38,271 nucleotides of DNA from Candidatus Bathyarchaeota archaeon (GTDB taxonomy: Archaea; Thermoproteota; Bathyarchaeia; Bathyarchaeales; Bathyarchaeaceae), in NCBI GenBank assembly GCA_029879825.1, contig JAOUPL010000001.1:1-38271 (forward strand), in the 5' to 3' direction. The first letter of the stretch is position 1. Each line of letters starts with the position of its first letter. The translations under genes were made by a program, and so were the position numbers. Shown here piece after piece: positions 20,631-29,796 of this stretch. The notes beneath the pieces are model-generated. The model was not told the DNA's origin. It saw only the letters and a list, made by a program, of their open reading frames with translations, and searched no databases.

Positions 20631-21044
20631 TTATGCTCCTACTTTTTTCCTTAAAGTTTCCAGATAGGTTGCCAAACCTTCTATGTCCTTGACATCGTGC
20701 CCCACAAGGCCGAGAAGCTCTCTCCAGAAAAGAAGGTTGGGGGTTATTTTCATTTCTTCTAGGCGACGAGCTAAACGGTTGGTCCATTCCTTGCCATGTC
20801 TGTCAAAGTCCATTAGAAGGATGACTTCACGTTTTCCTTTTCCTTCTATTTCGCCGAGAACGTCGAGGAACGATTTTCCAGAGGATTTTGCTGAGATGAT
20901 GTCGCCTTCTAAACCCAGCTTATGTAGGGCGTTGATGTCGTTTCTTCCTTCCACTATTATTGGGGTGCCTTTGGTTGATTCTGTTGCGAGTCTTTCTAAA
21001 AGTTTAAGGATTTTCTCCAGTTTTTTCTCTGATTTGGTTGACAA
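20631..21044 (-). CDS. Small TOPRIM-domain protein
   Basis: IIVEGRND and LMDFDRHG TOPRIM motifs. Confidence 0.88.
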   Translation of the reverse strand: MSTKSEKKLEKILKLLERLATESTKGTPIIVEGRNDINALHKLGLEGDIISAKSSGKSFLDVLGEIEGKGKREVILLMDFDRHGKEWTNRLARRLEEMKITPNLLFWRELLGLVGHDVKDIEGLATYLETLRKKVGA

Positions 21045-21049
21045 CGTTT

Positions 21050-22167
21050 CTACCTTGTTACCTCTATCTCCATCATTTTTTCTAACAGTTGTGGGTGCCT
21101 ATGGAAATGTTCTCTAACTGGCTTCAGAATTTCGATGAGGGCTTCTGTGACGCCGTTTTTTAGGTCTAGCGGATGGATTTTGCCTTCGACATAGGCTCTT
21201 TCCATTTTCTCATAGTTTTCGAAGTTTTCTGGGCCTCCGTATTTGGTTGGTCTCGGTATCTCTAGATTTTCTCTTTCGGCGAACACTACATATTTTGATA
21301 GTTCAAGTATGGGGTTTCCTTTCACCTGTTTGGGGGGGCAGTAGGCTTCTTTTATTTTGGTCTTTATGTCGTCGGGGGTGTCGTGGACGAATATGCAACT
21401 CTTGGGTATGCTTTTGGACATTTTTGAGCTGATCTGTATGTTTAGGTCCGCGTTTTCGTCAAATTCTTTTTCAACTGTTTCGGGTCCTTGGAGTCCCATG
21501 AGGAGATGGGTGTGGACGCACGAGGGTTTTTTCCAGCCGAGTTTTTCAGCTACGTCTCTTGCCAGCATGTGAGCCTTTCTTTGGTCTATGCCTGCGCAGG
21601 CTACGTCAAGGTCCATGTGAAAAATGTCTGCCGACTGCATACAGGGATAGTATACCCACGCCGTTTCGACGTCGGTCATGCTCATTTCACGACCCATAAT
21701 TGGTAAGGCGCGCCACGTTCTCTGCAGCGAAGCGCCTTTCGCTATTCGAATGACTTTTTCCCAGTATTCTATGTCTTTGGCTATGTCTGAAGCCCAGAGG
21801 TATTCCACGCTGACCGGTGTTACTCCGAGGGCTGTAAAGCATTGTTTTATGTATTCGCCGCAGGTATGGATTTTTTCCATGTCTCCGCCTAGTTTGTTGT
21901 TTATCCATGAGTGCCAGTCAGCGAGAAAGACGATGAAATGGAAGCCAGCTTTTGTCATGTCTTTGATTTTGGATGTGCAGACTAGGCCCATTCCGATGTG
22001 CATTATTCTGGGTGACCGTGAAGGTTCACGGCTCACTGTCCAGAGCACTCGAAGCCCCAGTAGGCTCTGGGCTTAGTCTTTGTTTCCAGTAATGTGCGGA
22101 TTTCTTGGGGAATTATGATTTCTTCTACGTTTCTTGTGACAAGGTCTATTCTTTGTTCTAAATCCAA
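21050..22167 (-). CDS. tyrS: Tyrosine--tRNA ligase in two exons: 22167-22038 and 22005-21050 (361 aa if spliced)
   Basis: Exon 1 MDLEQRIDLVTRNVEEII...AYWGFECSG; exon 2 MHIG...ADWH...YPCMQSADI...GIDQRKAH...KMSKS; the two parts are in different frames and separated by a 32-nt insertion. Confidence 0.92.
22006..22037 (-). other. Candidate BHB intron in tyrS mRNA (32 nt, AGTGAGCCGTGAACCTTCACGGTCACCCAGAA)
   Basis: Central helix CTGG/CCAG, 3-nt bulges AC|A and AA|T, inner stem GTGA-g-CCGTGA/TCACGG-TCAC; excision at the canonical BHB cuts restores the frame. Confidence 0.85.
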
Positions 22168-22217
22168 GCAGATCGCCCTCTTACATCCTCATTCGCTTTT
22201 GTTAACTTAAAAGTTCT

Positions 22218-22477
22218 TGTCGCGGGCGTTGTGTCCCACGTAACTAACACTCAACCTCACAGTTGGAGCCTTACGCTCCTCTCAGGTGAGCTCTCTCTGA
22301 CGTGGGCTGGTAGGCGCCCGCGCCCACCGTGTCCCATGCCTGGGTAAACCCTTCGTCAACGGTAGATGAAATCACCAGCCTCTGTTGGGTCCGTCTGCAT
22401 GAGCCCTGTTAAGGTTCCGGTGGGATTATGCTCCAGCCTAGTGTCATCGCCACTAAGAAGACTGGAATCCATGGACA
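22218..22477 (-). ncRNA. Candidate structured ncRNA, box H/ACA-like
   Basis: Stem CGCGGGCG/CGCCCGCG, internal loop, stem CCCACGT/ACGTGGG, with ACA 14 nt after the upper stem; a second folded domain also ends in ACA; no credible ORF. Confidence 0.5.
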
Positions 22478-22512
22478 TAAGATTTTCCTAAACCGGGAAG
22501 CTGGATAGGCTT

Positions 22513-24180
22513 TTAGCGTGTTGTTTTTATGATTCTTTGCAGGTCTATTTCGAAGGCGCTTGTTGGATTTTCTAGTTCAAAATTGTTGAGAACCTCTGGG
22601 TGGATTTCTCCTACAACGCCGATCTTTCTGCCTTTAACATAGATCGCAGCCGCTCTCCCCTGCAAGAAACTTGGATGCTTAGTCCCTTTGATCTCCCAGT
22701 TTTTCAAGTCGAGATTGGCGAGCAAAGCTTCCACGTAAGACTTTATCTCAGTGAAGTTGGCTGTTGGGTGGGAGGAGACGCATGCTACGTGAAGCCTTCG
22801 TTCTGTGCGGGTTTCAGCCTTCTCGTTGATTTCTATCACGTCGGAAACTTCGAACATTCGTTGGGGATATGCTTGGTGTTTGTTGTCTGCCAGATTCTTC
22901 ATCAAGCGGGGCAACAAATCGTTTCGAACTATGGAATACTCTGTGGAAACGGGGTTCGCCAGCCTAATCATCTTTCCAGCCTTCCTTCTCATTTTTTGAT
23001 AGTGGTCAACCTCGTTGGCGAGAATGAAGTTCATAGCTTCCACGAAGCCTAGTCCAACCATTATTTGTCGAACGTAATTCGCCACTGCACTCACTTCGTG
23101 TTCTCTGCCCGTTGTCACAGTCGTCGGCTTCGTGGGTTTCAGTCTAAAATAGCCGTAGCCGATGGCAACCTCCTCAACCAAGTCAATTTCATGCATTATA
23201 TCAATTCGATAGGCGGGAATCAGAACCTCCAAAACTCCTTTGCTTATCCTTCTTGCGTCAAGTCTAGACTTCTGGAGGGCTTGTATAGTTTTGGTTTCTG
23301 AAAGCTTGAGACCCAACAACGCGTTGGCATAGTCAACCCTCAACTCCATCTGCTGAGGCGTCAAGTCAGGAGTAACTAAGACGTGATCAGAGTATCCAAC
23401 GCGAACACTTTCTATGGTTGCGCCCATGTCTGCCAACGCTGTGACCAAAACGTTCAAGCTTCTTGAAATGGCGTTAGGCTCCGTACCAGTCACATCGATG
23501 AACAGGTTTCGCGTTCGACTGTCCACCCGTGTCAGTTCGCCATTGATTATCGGGGGAAAAGAGAGAACCCGCCCCAACTTGTCCACGATTAGGGGATACC
23601 TTGAGGCCCAATCCACGTGACCTTTATACGCGATTCCCTTCTCATGCTTCTCCAGAATTTCTTGCAGAGTCATCTCTTCGGTCTTGTCTAAGGGGACAAA
23701 TTTGACTTCATTTGGGGCGCTGGTTGTGTAAGCGAAGGGAGGTTCAACAGCGTCTAAGTTGTGCACTCCGATAGAAGCTTTTTTCCGGTCCCTGCCCACC
23801 CCCCAGTGAAGATCCTCCTGCATCTCCATAAGTTCTCTAACAGTATCATAGTCAAGCTTCACGTTGCGTATAACAGCGGATACGACGTAGGGCCTAACCT
23901 CAGCCACCGTTGGATCCACTTTCAAAACAATTTTTCCTTCCTTCACCTCGTACTTCGGCAGTCCAGTCTCCCAACCCATCAGTCCACGGAAAGCTCTGGC
24001 CACTCCACCGTAGCTTGAAAAGTCCACACGGTTTGGGTTAAACTCGATTTTCACGTAGTCTGGTCCGATTTCGTCTGTGTCAACGCCCAGCCAAGGAAGC
24101 CATTTAGCCATCTCTTCTACACTAAGGGGCCGCCCGACGAACGAGGAGAAGCGGTCTCTGTCTAGAGTTAACGCTGGCAT
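22513..24180 (-). CDS. pheT: Phenylalanine--tRNA ligase beta subunit
   Basis: NPNRVD, RKKASIGVHNLD, SFPPIING, DLVEEVAIGYGY, GEIHPEVL. Confidence 0.96.
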   Translation of the reverse strand: MPALTLDRDRFSSFVGRPLSVEEMAKWLPWLGVDTDEIGPDYVKIEFNPNRVDFSSYGGVARAFRGLMGWETGLPKYEVKEGKIVLKVDPTVAEVRPYVVSAVIRNVKLDYDTVRELMEMQEDLHWGVGRDRKKASIGVHNLDAVEPPFAYTTSAPNEVKFVPLDKTEEMTLQEILEKHEKGIAYKGHVDWASRYPLIVDKLGRVLSFPPIINGELTRVDSRTRNLFIDVTGTEPNAISRSLNVLVTALADMGATIESVRVGYSDHVLVTPDLTPQQMELRVDYANALLGLKLSETKTIQALQKSRLDARRISKGVLEVLIPAYRIDIMHEIDLVEEVAIGYGYFRLKPTKPTTVTTGREHEVSAVANYVRQIMVGLGFVEAMNFILANEVDHYQKMRRKAGKMIRLANPVSTEYSIVRNDLLPRLMKNLADNKHQAYPQRMFEVSDVIEINEKAETRTERRLHVACVSSHPTANFTEIKSYVEALLANLDLKNWEIKGTKHPSFLQGRAAAIYVKGRKIGVVGEIHPEVLNNFELENPTSAFEIDLQRIIKTTR

Positions 24181-25679
24181 ACCGGGGTCCTCCTCATCCA
24201 GCCCAGATCGTTTTTGTACAAGAGCCGTATGTCTTCAATGCCAAGCTTGAGAATTATCAGGCGTTCCAAGCCTCCTCCCCAGGCTAAAACTGGATATTTT
24301 ATGCCAAGGGGAGCCAAAACTTCTGGGCGAAAGATGCCCATTCCACAGAGTTCCACCCAAGTTTTGAGCTCTGGAACGTAAACCGTGGACTGCATTGAAG
24401 GCTCCGTGTACGGGAAGTAGCTGGGCCAAAACTGCACTTTTTTCAATCCAAGTTTAAGGTAGAACTCCTTCAAAGTTCCCATCAAGTCTCGCAGGGTCAC
24501 CTTTTTGTCCATGACTATTCCTTCAATCTGATGGAATTCCGCGAGGTGTTTGTAGTCTACCTTCTCGTTGCGGTAGACACGGTCCACGGAAAAAACCTTC
24601 ACCGGCGGCTCCTTATGCTCAGCGAGGTAGCGGATGGTCACCGCGGTTGTGTGGGTCCTCAGTATCAGCCTCTTCGCCTCGTCAGCACTCCAAGTGTACT
24701 CCCAACCTCTCGAACCCGTTATCCAACCGTCTTCATGGGTTTTCGCCACCGCATCCACAACATCTTTTTTGGGCAGTTTTCCCTTTCTTGGCTGCGCCAG
24801 ATAGAAAGTGTCCATCATCTCCCTAGCCGGATGATCTTGAGGTTGGAACAAGGCATCGAAGTTCCAGAAGGCTGTTTCAACGATGGAGCCTCGAATTTCT
24901 GTGAAGCCCATCTCTAGGAAAATTTCCCTAACCCTCTGGATTATCTGCTGTGCTGGATGAATTTTTCCAGGATGAATTATTGGACCAGGCGCGGTTACGT
25001 CAAACCGTCTGAGTTTTGCCTTTCGCCATCTCCCTGTTCGGATGAGCTCAGGAGTTAGTTGACTGACTTCCTCAACGATTTCTATTCCTTTCTCAGCCAA
25101 GTCCCAGCCGGCATCCGTTAATTCCAGTTCACGCAGGGTTTTCTTACTCACCTTCACAAGTCTTCGTTTTTTTAGAAGGGAAACAGCCTTTTGCAGTTCT
25201 TGGCTCAAATCCTCAACAATTAAAGGTTCCTTTTCAGCTAGGAGAGATAGAAGTTTTTCGTCATTTCCAGTCAGCGGTTCCCTCAAGGATTTCAGTACAC
25301 GTTCCTTTTTCTTTATGGTCGCCCAGTCCTTACGGCTAAGCCACCCCAAGGCTATGGTTAAGAACTTCTTTTCTAACCCTGCAGCATCAGCAACATCGTC
25401 AACAGAAGCCTCGCCGCCCAACTTGATCAACGAGTTGATTAAACGTCTTTCGGGAAGCCTTTTTTTCGCGTGATAACTTCCCTCTTTAGTTAAAGCGATT
25501 GCGGTTTGCTTTCTTTCATGCGTTCTTACTAGTTTCTTTGTGGTAAGGGAGAGGGCAGCACGCATGACTGCTGCATGAGCTAGGCCACTAACCTTGACTA
25601 ACTGGTCGACGGGGCCTCTCCCCCTTAGCCTTTCCAAGGCAAGTAGGGTTTTTTGTTCGTTCTCTCGAAGTTCAGCCAC
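24168..25679 (-). CDS. pheS: Phenylalanine--tRNA ligase alpha subunit
   Basis: FWNFDALFQPQDHPAREMMDTF, LRTHTT, EFHQIEG, YFPYTEPS, GMGIFRPE. Confidence 0.97.
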   Translation of the reverse strand: MAELRENEQKTLLALERLRGRGPVDQLVKVSGLAHAAVMRAALSLTTKKLVRTHERKQTAIALTKEGSYHAKKRLPERRLINSLIKLGGEASVDDVADAAGLEKKFLTIALGWLSRKDWATIKKKERVLKSLREPLTGNDEKLLSLLAEKEPLIVEDLSQELQKAVSLLKKRRLVKVSKKTLRELELTDAGWDLAEKGIEIVEEVSQLTPELIRTGRWRKAKLRRFDVTAPGPIIHPGKIHPAQQIIQRVREIFLEMGFTEIRGSIVETAFWNFDALFQPQDHPAREMMDTFYLAQPRKGKLPKKDVVDAVAKTHEDGWITGSRGWEYTWSADEAKRLILRTHTTAVTIRYLAEHKEPPVKVFSVDRVYRNEKVDYKHLAEFHQIEGIVMDKKVTLRDLMGTLKEFYLKLGLKKVQFWPSYFPYTEPSMQSTVYVPELKTWVELCGMGIFRPEVLAPLGIKYPVLAWGGGLERLIILKLGIEDIRLLYKNDLGWMRRTPVCQR

Positions 25680-25893
25680 TAATTTTGCCTCCTCCTAGAC
25701 TTCGCCGTAACAGGGATCAGTAAACTGGTTTAGCATTGTAATAAGAATGTTTTAAAGGTTTCAACCTCAGATGCCCTAAACTAGTTGAAAAGGAAGTTAA
25801 AGGCGAAAGATTGGAAATTGGTAGGGCATCCCTTCACCTTCACTAGTGAGTACCGACAAAGATTATTTATAATTTGTCTGTCACCTTCGATGG

Positions 25894-27021
25894 CTACGCG
25901 ACCTGCATTATTTCCCTTGCTTTGTCAACGAATTTTCGCCGTTTTCGTTTATGATCCTTCACGAAGTTTAGAACGAGTTCTGTCGTCTTAGCTTTATGTT
26001 CTCCGCACAAGAGTTTCCCGCTTTTACAATCGTTGTAAACCTTCACAACGTCGTCGTCTTTTTCGACAAAATGGTACATTTCAATCTCGTATATGGGACA
26101 AATCTCCGGCACTCCGCCCAGTCTCCTCTGCTCTTCCACGGTGGGCCGTCCGCCGGTGAAGGCGTTTGAAATTTTCTTTGCTATAGATTCGGGGTTTTCG
26201 TGTAAAGTGAAGTAGCTCATGGAGTTTCGTTTAGCCATTTTTGGAGAACCGTCCAATCCCTTCATGATTTTGTGGTAGGTGGAGGAAGGTGAAACAAAAT
26301 TGAACTTGCGGCGAAACTTGCTGGCGAGGTCCCGAGTTAAACGTAGGTGGGCGTCTTGGTCAATACCTACAGGGACGACTGTTGGTTTTGGTCCGTCAAA
26401 ATCTTCGAGTTGAGGCATCAGTATGTCTCCCGCCTGTACGAGGGCGGACAAGTAGAGTCCAATGTTCCGTTCACCGTAGATGGCTTTCATTGTAGCCAGA
26501 GTTACGCTTCTTCCAAAAAGAACTGCTAAGTCTCTAACCCGCTGTTCCTTATACTGTCGATAAATGAAGCCACGCTTCGGGTCGAATCCTAGGGCGAGTA
26601 AATCTGCAACGTTGCCTGCAGCAATTTTTTCGCTTTTTTCGAAGGGGATTTTGTTGTCTTCGTAGGCTTCGATGTCTGCGATACAGTAGAAGGCAGTGGC
26701 TCCCTGTTGTTGGAAATAGATGATTTCCCGGGCGGTCATGAGGGTTCCTAAGTGAAACTCTCCTGTTGGTTTGATGCCACTCATTACTGCAAACTTTTCG
26801 TGGCTTTTCATATTTTCTAAGACGCTTTCGAAATCTCTGTGTCCGAAGATGACGCCGCGCCTCATATACATGCTTGGGTTCGGTATCTCCGCCAAAAGAG
26901 ATTTAAATCGCTGTATCCCGAACTCTTCGCAGAGGCGGTTGTAGTCCTCAACTACCGTTGTTCCCCAAGGGTCAAGCACCGTTTTCCTGTTACCAGCCGT
27001 CGACAACTTTTGACGTCCCAC
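25894..27021 (-). CDS. trpS: Tryptophan--tRNA ligase
   Basis: LDPWG, RRGVIFGHRDF, SGIKPTGEFHLG (HIGH), VPVGIDQDAH, KMAKR (KMSKS variant). Confidence 0.95.
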   Translation of the reverse strand: MGRQKLSTAGNRKTVLDPWGTTVVEDYNRLCEEFGIQRFKSLLAEIPNPSMYMRRGVIFGHRDFESVLENMKSHEKFAVMSGIKPTGEFHLGTLMTAREIIYFQQQGATAFYCIADIEAYEDNKIPFEKSEKIAAGNVADLLALGFDPKRGFIYRQYKEQRVRDLAVLFGRSVTLATMKAIYGERNIGLYLSALVQAGDILMPQLEDFDGPKPTVVPVGIDQDAHLRLTRDLASKFRRKFNFVSPSSTYHKIMKGLDGSPKMAKRNSMSYFTLHENPESIAKKISNAFTGGRPTVEEQRRLGGVPEICPIYEIEMYHFVEKDDDVVKVYNDCKSGKLLCGEHKAKTTELVLNFVKDHKRKRRKFVDKAREIMQVA

Positions 27022-27128
27022 CGTTGCTAAATCATTAGGGTTGAGAAGTTTCTTTAAGGTTTCCGGAAATCAAATATTCACGTGGGAAACATGATAACAG
27101 ACAATATAAAAATTGAGCAGAGGAATGA

Positions 27129-27701
27129 TTGTTGAAGACAGAAAAAGTCGAAGTTCCTTTGTCCTCATCGTATAGGCTACTACATCCAAGGCTTACCGTG
27201 TTGGTGAGCTGCGTAGACAAAGCAGGCAAAGCAAACGTCATAACTCTGGCATGGTCCATGCCCGTGTCCATCAACCCACCCATAGTTGCCATAAGCATCG
27301 CTCCAAAAAGATATTCCCACCAACTGATTGAGGAGACGAAAGAATTTGTGATTAACATTCCAACGATGGACATCGTCCAAGAAACTCTATTTTGTGGCAG
27401 GAGAAGTGGAAGAAGTTACGACAAGTTTAAGGAAACACGGCTAACTACTCTGCCAGCCAAATTGGTTAAGCCGCCCATAATCAAAGAATGCGTAGCACAT
27501 TTAGAATGCAAGTTGGAGGAACAAATAACCGTGGGAGACCACACTCTCTTCATCGGCCGCGTTCTAACAGCCTACACGAATAAAGGAATCTTCGACGAAA
27601 AGTTTGACGTTAAACAGGTGAAAACCGTCTATCACATGGGAGGAGACGACTTCGTAACCCTTGCTCCCGAAATATTCTCGCCTCAATTGCAGGAACAATG
27701 A
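27129..27701 (+). CDS. Flavin reductase (flavoredoxin-like) family protein
   Basis: NVITLAW, EFVINIP, CGRRSG..DKF, ECKL, GDHTLFIG. Confidence 0.9.
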   Translation: MLKTEKVEVPLSSSYRLLHPRLTVLVSCVDKAGKANVITLAWSMPVSINPPIVAISIAPKRYSHQLIEETKEFVINIPTMDIVQETLFCGRRSGRSYDKFKETRLTTLPAKLVKPPIIKECVAHLECKLEEQITVGDHTLFIGRVLTAYTNKGIFDEKFDVKQVKTVYHMGGDDFVTLAPEIFSPQLQEQ

Positions 27702-27746
27702 AAGACAAAGAATAGTTGTTGACAAAAACATTGTTTCCGTCAAAAA

Positions 27747-28418
27747 TCACGGTTGATAGGCTTCTCCGGGTTTCAACGCAACAACCTTAACCTTTGGCGC
27801 TTTCTCCTTGACGAATTTTATGAAATCCTCAGCTGAAGGAGACAAAACTGGAAAGGTTTGGTAGTGCATCGGGATGACTACAGCAGGCTTGATCAACTTC
27901 ACCGCCTCAGCCGCCTCCTTAGGTCCCATGGTATAATAGTCGCCGATGGGAATCAGCGCCACATCCGGAAGATGAATTTCGCCGATAAGCTTCATGTCTC
28001 CAAAGAGTCCTGTGTCACCGGTATGATAGATGGTTTTTCCCTCTGCCTTTATAACGAAGCCTGCAGGCGCTCCCCGAGTTGAGGAATGGAAAGCCTGAAC
28101 CATGGTTACGCTTATCCCTTCTACGTCAACGGTTCCGCCGATGTTGATTCCAACAACGTCTTTTACGCCATTTTCCTTAGCAAAGACACCTAGTTCGTAT
28201 ATGCCAACAAAGGTCGCCCCGGTTCTTTTACAAATTTCAATAGCATCACCTAGATGGTCCCCGTGATCGTGGGTGACGCAAACTACGTCGGCTTTCTTGA
28301 TGTCTGAAGCCTTCATGGTGGCCAGTGGATTGCCAGTTAACCAAGGGTCTATCAGCAATATTTTGTTCGCCAACTCAACCTCGAAACCTGAGTGACCTAA
28401 CCACCTTATTTTTGCCAC
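27747..28418 (-). CDS. Metallo-beta-lactamase-fold hydrolase (UPF0173-like)
   Basis: WLGHS, IDPW, THDHGDH, YHTGDT, IPMHY. Confidence 0.92.
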   Translation of the reverse strand: MAKIRWLGHSGFEVELANKILLIDPWLTGNPLATMKASDIKKADVVCVTHDHGDHLGDAIEICKRTGATFVGIYELGVFAKENGVKDVVGINIGGTVDVEGISVTMVQAFHSSTRGAPAGFVIKAEGKTIYHTGDTGLFGDMKLIGEIHLPDVALIPIGDYYTMGPKEAAEAVKLIKPAVVIPMHYQTFPVLSPSAEDFIKFVKEKAPKVKVVALKPGEAYQP

Positions 28419-28483
28419 GGCACATCACCTTTTCTAAACTTTTTTTAACTCCTCCCTCATTTAAGGGATTTACGTGTAAGACT

Positions 28484-29386
28484 ATGGCAATACCTGGAGA
28501 AGTCTTCCAAAAATACCGACTCGCTGGAAAAATCGCTAGAGAAGTTCGAGAAGAGATGAGAAGAACCGTTCGTGAAGGAATGCCAATAATTGACATATGT
28601 GAAAAAGCAGAGTCTCTAATTAGGAAAAAGGGAGGAAAGCCTGCGTTTCCCTGCAACGTGTCCGTCAATGAAATAGCCGCGCACTATACGTCTCCGCCGC
28701 AGGATAAGCGGACTGTTCCCGAAAATTCCATAGTTAAAATAGACATCGGCGTTCACGTTGACGGTTACATTGCCGACACAGCTGTAACCGTTTGTTTCAA
28801 TCCAGAATATGACGACCTCGCAGACACGGCAGAAGAAGCCCTGAAAAAGGCTGTAGAAATACTTCAACCTGGGCTGTCCTTGTCACGCTTCGGCTCAACT
28901 ATTCAAAAGACGATTAAGACCCGTGGGTTCAAACCCGTCTCGAATCTCACTGGACATTTGATTGGACGTTATTTAATACACGCAGGAAAATCTTTACCCA
29001 ACGTGTTTCACGTCTCCACCTCCAGAGTGAAGGAAGGGGAAATCTACGGAGTCGAACCTTTCACAACGGTTGCTAAGGCTGCTGGTAGAGTTGAGAACGG
29101 TGAAGAAGCACACATTTTCAGATATCTGAAGCATAAGTCTTTGAAAGACCCCTACGCGAAACGACTTTTGAACCATATCAGAAAGAACTTTCAGACTCTT
29201 CCTTTCACAGAGCGGTGGCTTCAAGGATGCGTGCCGCCTAGTAGCTATGAAACTGCGTTTTCCGGGCTCCTATCTTCAAAAGCTTTGATGTCTTATCCCG
29301 TCTTTGTAGAAGCAAGTAGAAAGCCTGTGGCGCAGGCTGAACACACGATTTTGGTGGTAAAAGACGGCTGTAAGGTGTTAACTTAG
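28484..29386 (+). CDS. map: Type II methionine aminopeptidase
   Basis: AFPCNVS, AAHYT, DIGVHVDGYIADTA, NLTGH, EPF, AQAEHT; start set at ATG 28484. Confidence 0.95.
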   Translation: MAIPGEVFQKYRLAGKIAREVREEMRRTVREGMPIIDICEKAESLIRKKGGKPAFPCNVSVNEIAAHYTSPPQDKRTVPENSIVKIDIGVHVDGYIADTAVTVCFNPEYDDLADTAEEALKKAVEILQPGLSLSRFGSTIQKTIKTRGFKPVSNLTGHLIGRYLIHAGKSLPNVFHVSTSRVKEGEIYGVEPFTTVAKAAGRVENGEEAHIFRYLKHKSLKDPYAKRLLNHIRKNFQTLPFTERWLQGCVPPSSYETAFSGLLSSKALMSYPVFVEASRKPVAQAEHTILVVKDGCKVLT

Positions 29387-29391
29387 CTGTT

Positions 29392-29796
29392 CTACTTCTC
29401 TTTTTCCTTAACCTCGCGATAGATCGAGGTAATCATCATGTTATCGCTGCATTTCGGGCAAGGTTCCGTTTCTTTGAAGATGTAGTCTCCTCTTTCGAAG
29501 TCTCGAATGTTTTTGAACCCACATTTTTGGCATAGTATTGTTGTGACTACTTGAGGCATTTCAAAGGCTTCTCGCAGAGTCCTTCTCTTTGTTTGTAAAA
29601 GCAGGTAAGCTGATATGGCGAGTCCAATGAAGCCTATCAACATGTAAATTTGCGCACTGGGGTCCTGACTTTTATACGTGGCAAATCCCATAAAGAGGGC
29701 GATGACCGACAAAACAACGGTTATTAAAACCATTACAACAGAGAACAAGGAAATATTTGCTTTCGGAGGCTCAGCCTTATCAGTCATTTCTTTCAC
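29392..29796 (-). CDS. Hypothetical membrane protein with C-terminal zinc ribbon
   Basis: Two hydrophobic segments, CQKC...CPKC, RDFERGDY; abuts the upstream gene. Confidence 0.75.
   Translation of the reverse strand: MKEMTDKAEPPKANISLFSVVMVLITVVLSVIALFMGFATYKSQDPSAQIYMLIGFIGLAISAYLLLQTKRRTLREAFEMPQVVTTILCQKCGFKNIRDFERGDYIFKETEPCPKCSDNMMITSIYREVKEKEK

Noticed and set aside
19718..21117. Long plus-strand ORFs (324 aa, 144 aa)
   Set aside because: Antisense shadows of dnaG and the TOPRIM gene, Ser-rich and without motifs. The same applies to most nested ORFs in the track.
22004..22048. ORF-track N-terminus of TyrRS (MLWTVSREPSRSPRI), or tyrS as a pseudogene or ribosomal frameshift
   Set aside because: That peptide is intron plus out-of-frame exon 1. 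The real N-terminus is upstream in another frame, the rest of the gene is undamaged, and a simple frameshift would leave about 10 extra residues before HIGH.
22218..22477. RNase P RNA, T-box or tRNA
   Set aside because: No GAGGAAAGUCC-type P4 motif, T-box consensus or T-arm recognised.
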